DNA of 59,955 nt, filler included, from Circinaria calcarea (Eukaryota): NCBI GenBank assembly GCA_051942165.1. It is 4 parts of 4 records of this genome, joined end to end, with 100 filler letters (N's around TTAATTAATTAA, not from the genome) between each part and the next. Parts side by side here need not be neighbours in the genome. Positions count along the whole stretch, not along the records: positions 45,059 to 59,955 come from JAVECS010000399.1; 3 more parts are not named here. One strand, given 5' to 3'. The position numbers and the translations under genes were made by a program. This document shows, piece by piece, positions 50,022 through 59,955 of this stretch. Numbering within the stretch: position 1 is the first letter of the stretch; every line of letters begins with the position of its first letter. Under the pieces are notes generated by a model. It was not told the DNA's origin, ran no database searches, and saw only the letters and a list, made by a program, of their open reading frames with translations.

Positions 50022-51281
50022 ATGTTTCGCCGCCTTGAAAGTAGTCTTCCAAAAGACTTTGAGTTTCCAGCTGATCTAGAAGGGCTTGGGTGCGTGGATC
50101 CGGCACAAGACAACCAGCTGGAAAATGCTGACCAGAACTTAGATACTTCATCAATGAGAAAGATCAGATCCGCATGATCAAAAACCACTCCCAAGAATTC
50201 CACTTCTTCATCTCCAAAAATGAGCGAGTCATGGAAATGCAGCGCGAAGCCATGAATAGTACCCTCCCTCCCATCATCCATTCTTCCAACTCAAGCCAGC
50301 TTACATATCCTACAGTATGCATTCGTCGTAACGTTACCGATCGCCTTCTCTCTTCTTCCCTCAACATCACCCGCCTCCCTCTCGACACCCCTGCCGACCA
50401 GCCTCACGTCCCAGTCCTCACATCCGCAAACATCTCCACCGCGAAACGAGTTATCATATACGTGGGCGAATCAGCCCAAGACCTCGGTATCTTTGCCTAC
50501 CGTATTGTCGGTCAAGAAACAATCGCGTCGGGCAGCGCTATCGACTTCAACAACGCCGTTCAAGCTTGCCCCGATTCTCCGGGGTTAGTGATGGCGAATC
50601 CAGGGCAGCTCATCTGGCACCGTCGTGGCAAACAAGCCATGACGCTTCCAACCTGGAACGCTCTTCCCCGTGCCAATGCAGTCAGCGGGCCAATGAGGAT
50701 TGATGTGAAAAACCGGATTCCGCGAAACAGCACCATCCAGGAGCATGTGAAGTGCGTTTTCGAAGACGTTGTCGGGAAACTTGTAGACAAGGACGCGAGA
50801 ATCAACATCATTGCAGTCGGTGACGGGGCTCTGGAGATGACAGAGTATCTACAGGAGGAATGGGACCAATGGCAAAATAGGGTCGACGCCATTGTGGTAG
50901 GAGCAAGCCATGTGTGGAAAACGCAATTCTCTGATGAACGATTTCGAGTGTTTTGGGGGAAGGTACGTGTAGCCCGCGTTACCATCTGATTCTGCCAAGA
51001 AACAATGATCTTTGAGTTTGTGCGCAGCACACAGCTAACCCAGTTATCAGCGCGCTCGTGCCTACATAGTCTCTCCCGAAGACCTCGATTGCCCCCTCAC
51101 CGGTCGCGACGATTTTGGTTGCAACTGCTATTCTGCGGATGAGGCATACTATCTGGAGTGCATCATGCCGCGAGCGTACCAAAGCATGCTCCGCTTCTTC
51201 CAGATGGTGGCAGATGATTCTCGCTACGAGGCGGTGGCACAGCATGTACCGGAGACGATAAATGGGGAAGAAGAGGTATGA
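50022..51281 (+). CDS. Arb2-domain protein (Arb2/FAM172-like)
   Basis: FPADLEGLG/YFINEKDQIRMI, FISKNERVMEMQREAM, QDLGIFAYR, ANPGQLIW, EHVKCVF, RARAYIVS; three introns. Confidence 0.82.
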
Positions 51282-51949
51282 GGGGAGTAGAAAAGGCAAA
51301 ATACCTGAGAGATCAAGGATGGAGAAATGTTAGCTAGTAGCCGGGGGATATTTATTTCCGAAACCAGAAAGCAAGGGAAAAGGTTTCTTTGCTTAGACCT
51401 ATCACGAGGACGTAAGAAAAGACCCGCGGCTTATCAAAATGCTACTCGCCTCTCGAGGACAAGATGACATAGTTTTTAATTTGGAAATTTTTTTTCCAAT
51501 TCCTTTCCTTCTTCCCCTTGATTACTGCTTTTTCCCCAATCCCTTACCCACAGATACCGTACGTACCAGCTCTTTTCAAGCGTCTCGGCAACCCTGCATG
51601 CCATCCCTTACAACTACGCCGTGAAAACAAGCAATAAGGTATACCTCACTAGTGTACCTGCCTATACATACCTAGATATCGCACTCCACACGCACAAACA
51701 CCCTTCCACGAGCGCAAATTCCCTTCCCCGCAGTAGAAAACTTCCAGAGGAATCGAAGGAAGGTAGCTTTTTCGCATCAGTCAGTCAGTCTCACTTTCTG
51801 GGAAAGTAAGGCACAGGTACCCTATTATATCAAAATCGCCCACCCCAACCCCCAATCCCAATCCCATGTTTCCCCTGTCTGTCTCCGTCTCCTATCCTGA
51901 ATATGCGTATCCTTCATTTCGTCAATGGATCTTTAATATGCTATCTACA

Positions 51950-53133
51950 TTTTCTGCGAAGAGGTAATCCTTGCCCAAATAACCCCTAACCAAAACCCTC
52001 CGGGGGGCCCAAGTGACGTGATTTTCCGGGGGGGGGTTTTGGAATGTGGATGTGGATGGCCCTTAGGAATTACATGATCACACACCTTACATACGCCGAA
52101 TTTTCAGTCAATACGCTGAGAAAATTTGACATACCGGTCGGTCAGCTTTCCTCCCCTTGTTTGGGGCTACAACCGGTATCAGGAAAGTTTTTCTAAATCT
52201 CCAACGCCCCCCCGGTTCGACTTTAGTTGTGTTTGGCTTGTTATGGTCTCTATCGAAGCATGGAAGGAATAAGCCTCCACTCCTCCTATCTCCTCCTACA
52301 TCGGTCTCCTCTGCGTTGGGTCTAGGTTCAGGGGGCGTTCCTATGCGTCCGTTGAAGTTGAACGGCTCAGTTCTGGACGTTTCCTTCCAATTTCCAATTT
52401 CCGTTCTCCCGTGTGTCTCATTGTCAATTTCTCTCCTATCCCTATCCTCTACCCTAATCCCAGCAGCGGACTCCTTTTCCATGATCTTCACCACTGCCTG
52501 CGTCCTCTACCGCGTCTTCACAATCTCTCCCTCCCCCGGCCAGCGGCGGAAAGTAGGTCAGCTAATGGTGGGCACTTTGTCCGTCGTGTGTGTAATTCAC
52601 TATCGGTTGAATAATCTGATATACCATTCCATTGCGTTCGGAGCCATGATTGATGGGATAGCGTACAAGACGATAGGGATTGATTAGGAAGATCGAGGAT
52701 CGAGAGAGGAGGAGGAAGCTGAGGTATCTGGGGAGAGCGGGTACTGGCCAGTCGAGATTTGGTGAATGGAAGATCGAGAGGGAAGGGGAGACTGATTCAA
52801 AGGTAGCTTGTAGTGGTATTGGTTTCGCTTTGTGGTTGGTAGATATGTTCGCTTACGGAACGTTGAACGACGATAAAGCAGAATATCGGGTTGCCATGGG
52901 GCTTCTTATTTGAGTTTCATGGATGATGAGTATCTGCATTTGGTTGAAAACTTAGCTGGAAGATCATGCTGACGGCTATAGGTGGCATATCCTCACGGGA
53001 ATCGGGGCATATGTTTTCAATTATCCTCGTGGAAATTCTCGTCTGGAACGAGAGTACGGAGAACCCGTATACCTGGCCTGTTTCCGCCTTGTTAAAGCCC
53101 AATCTGGAGAGAAGAGTATTTCGCGAGAGATGA
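51950..53133 (+). pseudogene. Alkaline ceramidase (Ypc1/Ydc1 family), frameshifted: pseudogene or error-laden consensus
   Basis: Fragments FCEE, degraded DY..TPYIAEF.NTL, ADSFSMIFTTACVLYRVF, GFALWLVD, GLPWGFLFEFHGW and WHILTGIGAYVF are recognisable but lie in different frames. Confidence 0.75.
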
Positions 53134-53778
53134 AGATAAGCTAGGTCCATAATGGCCCTAAGAATGCATTGACGATGTCTCTAAATTTTTGTCTAGAGGA
53201 ATGTTCAGAATTCCCCTGGCTGCAAATCCGTTGTCCCGGATTTAGCTCGATACCCAGTAGGGAACAATCCCTCATTAGACCTGACTCCTGCGCAGTCAGC
53301 ACTGAAAAAAACATTCCTAGCAATCTCTCAAGTGTGAGGGAGGCCTGAGAACGGATCTAGAGCCATAGGTACTAACACGGGACGGACGCTGTCAGAAACG
53401 ACGCTTTTTCCACAAACCATCAACACCCTCAAAGACGTATTGATGGTTCATCTGATATGGAGAATCCTTCGCCGGCCTAACTCGCATGTACCAGACCGAT
53501 TTTCAGATTTTCAAAATTCCAAAGCGGATCCCACCCCTACAAACCTCACTTGTCCGTTGACCCTGTTATATCACACCGACAACACCTCAAGCTAACATCC
53601 ACGTGCGGCCTTTATGGGAGTCATTGTCATGGTTCGGTATGGAGCAGGAAGCTCTCGGACTCGAGCCCTACCTTAAGTATCCTCTGCTCGACCTGAACAT
53701 ATTCCGCGTATTGTGGGAGGATAGTTGACATTTTATTTGACACTGTACCAGCCGCTAAAGGGGCAATCTAGGTGAGAG

Positions 53779-53810
<32 letters not shown>

Positions 53811-53812
53811 AA
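53779..53812. repeat. Adjacent T12-A22 homopolymer tract
   Basis: Seen directly. Confidence 0.8.
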
Positions 53813-54435
53813 GAAAACAAAAGATATGGGCTCTCACAGCTACTACGGTCCCGTTTCCTATTCTCCTCATTTGAGAATAGGCAGTGATAACTTACTTGTA
53901 TGGGTCAAATTGGCAGAGGGCTAATGCATGTTGAATGGCGGCAGTTGTGGTCCTTGTTTTAACACTGCTGGATGAGTTGCACTGTAGGCAGAGGTGGTCA
54001 GCATTCCCTTAGCAGATAGGTTTGCAGTACATCATGGAATAATGGGACCTTAAGAAGGACAGTGGACTTACTTATAGTCCGTAAGTCCCACGGCCGGTAT
54101 GGACGATCCTTTGACAAAGCATTAGCAAGTTGAGTTTTGCTGCGAGTTATGCTTAGTTTTCTAACGTATCATGCCGAAACGAGATCGATGCTTGGAAAGG
54201 TTTTAATGTATAGGCGTTGCGGATGAATAGGTTTATAGGAGCCGTAAGGATTAAAAACGCTTCCAAATAACGGTATTCAGTATCGTATCCTTGCGCTCCT
54301 TCACTTTTTCTATTTCTTGGAAAACCCCCAAAAGCCCCTAATATCTCCGAAAATCGTTCAAGACGGAACTAAACAGTGCTCCACAACGCTACACAACCTT
54401 TGTACAAGTCCCAATCAGATCATCACCAGTACCAC

Positions 54436-55643
54436 CTAAGCGACCGGACTCCACGGCATCGGGATCAAGATCCGGCTCTTCATAGTCTGTATCAGCGGCA
54501 CCGTCTTATGCACCGTCTCCCCCCACCCTTCTACCCCCCAACTCATCTCCCTCCTCGCCTTGCGCTCCTCCAGATCTGCAAACTGCCACAGATGATGCAC
54601 GGTGTTCAAGTCCCCAATCTGCACAAACCAAGCGCCAACACCCTCCATGACTTCCCGCCGTGCCTTGAGGCCTTTCCGCCAGTAGGTCTCCCATTCGAGC
54701 AAGTTGCCCGGGTGCAAGGTGTAGGAGCGGAGTTCGAAGAGACCGCCGAGCTGGCGGGGCGGGGTGGTGGGCCAGAAGGAGAATTCTTGCATCAGGGAGG
54801 TTTGCTTATGGGTGATGAGGGTTTTGAGCTTGGCGTCGAAGGCAGGGAAATCCGGGTGGGAAGCAATGGAGTGGAGGGAGGCGTGGTAGCCCTGATAGCG
54901 TTGGTATTCCCAGATGTGGACTATGACGGCTATCAGTCATCGATAGCGAGGCAGGTGATATCAACCAAGGTGAGCATCATACCGAATGTATCACAGTCCC
55001 CTACTTCCGTCCTCCAACTGCCGACCAGGTGGACATGGTTCTCTTCCAAGGTGGCCATGCGCGGATACCAGTCCCCAACTAGCTTGACATACTCGTCCAC
55101 CTTATCTGGCTTGACCTGATGGAACACTATCGAATGGACGTATTTCCCTCGCGCCAAGACCTGCGAGAATGACTTTTCGATCTCCTTATCCATTTGCTGT
55201 CCTTCACGTGTGCCGTATATCAGGGACGATAGGGCACCCTTCCGATTCGAAGATTCCGACTCGGATGCCGACTCTCGCGCGGTTTCTGCAGTGTGCGTAG
55301 ACAGTGAGCCCAATGACAAAGTGCTTGCGAGATTAGACGCAGTGCTTGCAATGCTTGAGTCTCCAATACTAGAACTGGCAGTAGCAGTAGCAGAAGCAGA
55401 TGAAGCAGGGGAAGAACGAGAGGGAGAAGTATTGACGGACTGACTGTCTTGCTGCTGCTTTGCCTTTTGTGCTGCTTTCACCGAATCTCTGAATTCCTTC
55501 TGGCGAGCATCAAAGGATGGAGCGCCATTAGGGGTAATGTCTGCTAGAGAAGGGGCTTTTGCGTGGGCAACGGACGTGGTGAAGGAGCGAAGAATGCTAG
55601 AAGAGGAGCAAGGTGGGGACAACAGAAGACGGCGCGTGAGCAT
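54436..55643 (-). CDS. NIPSNAP family protein, mitochondrial
   Basis: Presequence; HLVGSWRTEVGDCDTF/VHIWEY; LFELRSYTLHPGNLLEWETYW; VHHLWQFADLEERKARRE; one intron. Confidence 0.94.
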
Positions 55644-56139
55644 GGTGAATGGACTGTTGGATTGATGAAGGATTCTCGATGTTAGGGGATATCTAGGCCT
55701 TCCAGCTCTGTAACTGTAACACTGCCTCTCGACAGTGACAAGAGTGAAATGCCACGACTCTGTACAGACGGTATCTCCGTAGTACAGGAGGGGGACGTAT
55801 AGTGATAGGTGGGGTTCGATTGGGCAGACGCAGCAGCAGAGGCACAGGCAGACGCAGACGCAGCAAGACGGGACTCGGTTGGTGTGGGTGAGCTTCGTTT
55901 CTGATCGATCATCGGTACCGACTACGCCTCTCTGTTCAAACGCGGGGAATGTGCTAGCAGGGGGGCAAGCAAGGCATTGGCGTGGGGTCTATGCCCAATC
56001 GGGGAGAGGTCGACCATTTATTTGAGTAGCAGCTGTCAATGTCCCGTTGTACTGGGCACTTTTCGTAGCCAAGAGCTTTTATTATATCTTCACAGAGCCA
56101 AAGGATACCGCTGAACCAAAGAACATCTAACGTCCAAGA

Positions 56140-56944
56140 ATGATGGCCGAATTACAATCCGCACCATTGAACTGGGAAGCTTCCGCAACCACCACCCATC
56201 CCCAGGTCTCGTCTACCCTTCCTCCAGAGGTAGCGGCTTGCCTGAGAAATGCAAGATTCGTTAGTCTCCACAATTCAACATCTCCGGCGCTCTTTCTGAC
56301 CTGACACCCAGCTCCATCTCGCTACTTGCACCAACCTCTTTCCCCACATCTCTCTCATGAACTATACCTACCTGCCCTCCACGCCATTCTCTCCTCATCC
56401 GACAATCATCATGACCACAAATCCCTCCTCGAAGAAGACCTTGAACCTCATCTCCAACCCGCGCGTTTCACTGCTGGTCCACGATTGGGTTTCCCACCGT
56501 CCACCAACACGAAATCCAGACCCGGCTCGGGAAGGATCTCCGCCACCTCAGGCCACACGATCTAGTCTGGCGAGCTTATTGCTAAACATCAACACGAGCG
56601 CTTTGAGCAGCATCTCCACGACAATCAACGGAGTAGCTCAGCTAGTGGACAGTGGTAGCGAAGAGGAGCGGTGGTGCAAGGAGAAGCATTTAGAAAACAA
56701 TACATTTGGGGACCAGGCAAGGGAAGAGAGGGGATTCTTCGGGCAAGTACAGAATGCTTCCGCCAGCGAAGGCGATGGTGGAACGAGTTGCTTCATTGAA
56801 GGAGAGGAGGTTCGGGTGGTGCTCGTCAGAGTCAAGGAAGGGAGGATAGCGGACTGGAAGGGCGGCGTGAAGGATTGGACGATCATCTCCGAGGACGAAG
56901 AGAGGGACCGAGGACGGCATGGGATGGTAAATGGAAGTATCTGA
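56140..56944 (+). CDS. Pyridoxamine 5'-phosphate oxidase-like FMN-binding protein
   Basis: LPPEVAACLRNARF/LHLATC...PHISLMNYTY...KKTLNLISNPRVSLLVHDW; one intron. Confidence 0.85.
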
Positions 56945-57891
56945 TTTTGGCCGATTCGCATTGGCGGGCGTTAGATCGGAGCATAACTGAGGTGACAGCT
57001 TATACGGGACTGATTTCTGTCGGTTCGATCCTTTAGCGAATGATTAACCCTAATGACGGGTATAAATCAATAGAAATTTGATACAGGTTCTTTCCTGTTG
57101 CGTTAGTTTGCAAGCCAGAAGTGAAAAGCAGCCTTTTGGTGGGAGTTGAGTCCAGATTTGGCAAAAGTGTTATTTGTATCCGGAGATGGTTTACTCACTT
57201 CTTAAGATCCATTCAGTACGCAGAACGGGTAAGGGTCCCTCCACCCTGACCTGGCAGTAGGCATCTTGACCCACCCCCTAAACCACTTAACCACTCGGTG
57301 ATAACAGTGTTCCCAATAACCATAATATAGTTGGATGAGTACTTTCTAGTAACCTCACGTTGAAGTAAACTCGGCTCTAGGAACGGTCCAATACTAATCC
57401 TTTCCACTTCCCATCGTACGCTCCGTAGGTCGATTGGTATTTTGTGCCGACATCTTTATATAAATGCTCCGTTGATCAACGAATAATAGAACAGCGGTAT
57501 AGCGAGTAACCTAAGCATTTTCCACAAGATTCCCCTTGGGCGCACCAATTCCTCCTAACTCGTGGAACGTATACATATACTCATCGACTCAGGTACATAA
57601 TTTTGATGTCTTCCCAATGTATGAAGTAATCTTCGTATCAGTAAGTGAAGCTTCGACACGTGAAAGGCACTTGTTTTACCCTTCATAATTTAAACGCTTG
57701 TACGTCATTTTGCATGGTTACCAATACGGTAGTCGCGTAACAACCCTGTTTTTCAACGGCGACGTGAGTTTATTTATGTACCCGCTCTTCTCGGTCATTT
57801 GAGGATTACTGACTTGACATTTTGCCGGCATCTTCAATCTTTAGAGGATAATTCACTTGTCAAAGACGCTCATTGGGCGCCTATTCCAAAG

Positions 57892-59440
57892 ATGGTCTAC
57901 ATACGACAGAAAGATCTCCCCGGATTGAAGAAATACAAGTATTCGGGAGTAGACCACTCCTTGGTGTCACGATATGTCCTCAAGCCTTTTTACAACAATG
58001 TGGTCATCGGCTGCTTTCCCATGTCAATGGCGTAAGAATATATGCTATATTCCATGAGGAGCGTTGCTAATACTCTGACTGTGGTTTAGTCCAAACGCCG
58101 TAAGTACCAGTGCCAGTATCTCTAGAAATGCATGCTCAATTGAAGTTTCCTCTAGATTACTCTTGCGGGCTTTAGTTTTGTCGTTTTGAACATTTTGACC
58201 ATGTTGTGGTACAATCCTACCCTTGATCAGGATATGCCGAGATGGGTCTATGCAAGCTGGTCATTGGGGTTGTTCTTATATCAAACCTTTGACGCCGTCG
58301 ATGGGACACAAGCGTATGTATACTTAACCGCAGCAAGCTGCGGGGTAGACATGCTGATTGAATCTCTACAGGAGGAGAACACATCAAAGCGGACCTCTGG
58401 GCGAGTTGTTCGACCATGGTATGAATAAAATCTTTATAGGGGATAAAATACTAATCCGAACGTCTAGGCGTTGATGCCTGTAACACCGTGCTAGAGGTGC
58501 TTTTATTCGCAGCGGCAATGAATCTTGGCCAGAGCTGGAACACTATACTTACCCTATTCGGCGGTATGTCAAGGGGTTCTCTGTACATCTATGTTCCAGA
58601 GTCTGATTTGGAACCTGCAGCTACACTAACGTTCTACGTACAAACATGGGACGAGTATTATACTCAGACTCTCACCCTTGGGATTATCTCGGGCCCAGTC
58701 GAAGGTATCCTCACGCTCTGTATCGTCTACGCCATCACCGCCGTAAAAGGTGGCGGTAGCTTCTGGCAGCAATCAATGTTACAAACCTTTGGCGTTGCCA
58801 AGGGTGGCATTATCCCTGACTACATCTACGACCTCGCCTTCAACGAGTGGTACATGGTATACGGCGGTATAGTACTTGTATTCAATACCCTTCAAAGGCA
58901 CATGTTCTCTTATCCTCTATATCCTTCCTCAATCAACTAACTCCATGCAGCATCTTCAACGTAATGTCCGTTCGCAAAACCCGCTCCCAGTCCACCCGAA
59001 CCCCTCTCCCTGGCTTAATCCCTTACTTTGCAACCTGGACCCTCGTGGCCGCCTACCTCTATCTCCAGCCTATAATTCTCCACCACCACCTCATCCCCTT
59101 TGTCTTCTACGTCGGCCTCATCAACGCCTACTCCGTCGGTCAAATGATTATTGCGCATCTGGTCAAATCGGACAAGTTTCCCATGCAAAACGTCCTCACT
59201 ATTCCTCTCGGACTTGCTGTGCTGGACTCCATCGGGTTAAGGACCGGATTATGGCCTAGTGCGTTGGGCGATGGGACCTATCAGATCGGCTTCATGTTTG
59301 CGTGTTTGGGCTTGGGAATTGGGGTATATGGCAGCTTTGTGTATGATATTATCACGACGATTTGCGATTACATGGATATTTGGTGTTTGACGATCAAGCA
59401 TCCGTATAGTGAGGTGGATTCACTGAAGAAGCAGGGTTAG
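57892..59440 (+). CDS. EPT1: Choline/ethanolamine phosphotransferase (CDP-alcohol phosphatidyltransferase)
   Basis: LKKYKYSGVDHS, MA/PNA/ITL, YQTFDAVDGTQA/RRTHQSGPLGELFDH/GVDA (CDP-alcohol phosphotransferase motif), C-terminal KKQG ER-retrieval signal; six introns. EPT1 versus CPT1 cannot be resolved. Confidence 0.93.
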
Positions 59441-59955
59441 GTTAGTTTCTAGAGGAGGAGCAGTATGGATTGTGGGAAATGTATGCTTGCGTACTCGGCC
59501 ATGCTGTTGTCTAGCCATGAGTTATTTCAATTGTGTCCTATTAGATTAGATACCCGTTTCCATCCTTGATTATTCTACAGTTGGAGATAGGTTTCATGCC
59601 TCCACGCCCGACTAATGCTAGACATGTCTTACCTACTTAGAGTAAAGCTACTCATGCCTGCAAACCTAGTGAACAGGAGCTCAGCACCATTACTTGAAGA
59701 ACATAAAGCCATTACACGATACCGCCTCTCTCTTCGAACTCAGGAAGTAGCCTTAACCCCTTATCTCGAACTCTCCCCTCGTTATTATCCACTCGCCTAT
59801 GAGAAAGCCCTTGTATACATGTCCCAGACCAAACGCGGAAGGACCGGCCAGGTATCCCATCTCTGACAAAGACAGATCGACATGGTTTACGGAGTAGCTG
59901 GGTACGAGTTAATTGGTTGGAAGGCGTTTTGTGAGGGGAGTTGGATTGGGGGGGG

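Noticed and set aside
53779..53812. T12-A22 tract as a retroelement tail or hairpin
   Set aside because: No target-site duplication or element body recognisable; may be a homopolymer artefact.
57045..57053. TAACCCTAA as a telomerase RNA template
   Set aside because: One 9-mer hit is unsurprising by chance in 60 kb on two strands; it lies 100 nt after a stop codon, in under 1 kb of space, with no pseudoknot or CR4/5 seen.
38728..59440. Apparent lipid cluster (DPL1, ceramidase, EPT1)
   Set aside because: DPL1 is on a different contig from the other two, so adjacency comes from artificial concatenation; ceramidase and EPT1 are separated by unrelated genes.

Overview
Eukaryotic DNA from a filamentous ascomycete (Pezizomycotina), judged from short GT-AG introns with CTRAC branch points and a dispersed 5S gene; the exact lineage cannot be determined here. 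The window is not one locus. It consists of four unrelated contigs (1-14922, 15023-29942, 30043-44958, 45059-59955; lengths 14922, 14920, 14916, 14897) joined by artificial 100-nt N44-TTAATTAATTAA-N44 spacers. Most content is housekeeping or recognisable family genes: RFT1 (partial), 5-oxoprolinase, RING/ankyrin-like protein, PXA-PX nexin, SUB1/PC4, 5S rRNA, AKAP7-like 2H phosphoesterase, YPD1, mitochondrial aspartate aminotransferase, MNN11-like GT34, DPL1, MRPL33, SEC6, PTH11-like membrane protein, Arb2-domain protein, NIPSNAP, PNPOx-like protein and EPT1/CPT1. There is also an isolated AflR-like Zn2Cys6 factor and a broken alkaline ceramidase. I found no convincing multi-gene novel system. 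The best leads are a 3-nt coding microexon in the aminotransferase, a 412-aa intronless orphan ORF, a truncated compositionally atypical ORF next to a candidate Tc1/mariner MITE, a pseudoknot-like intergenic element, and a 4-kb gene-free region with transcript-like signals and a His-rich small ORF. All family calls are from motif recognition, not database searches.
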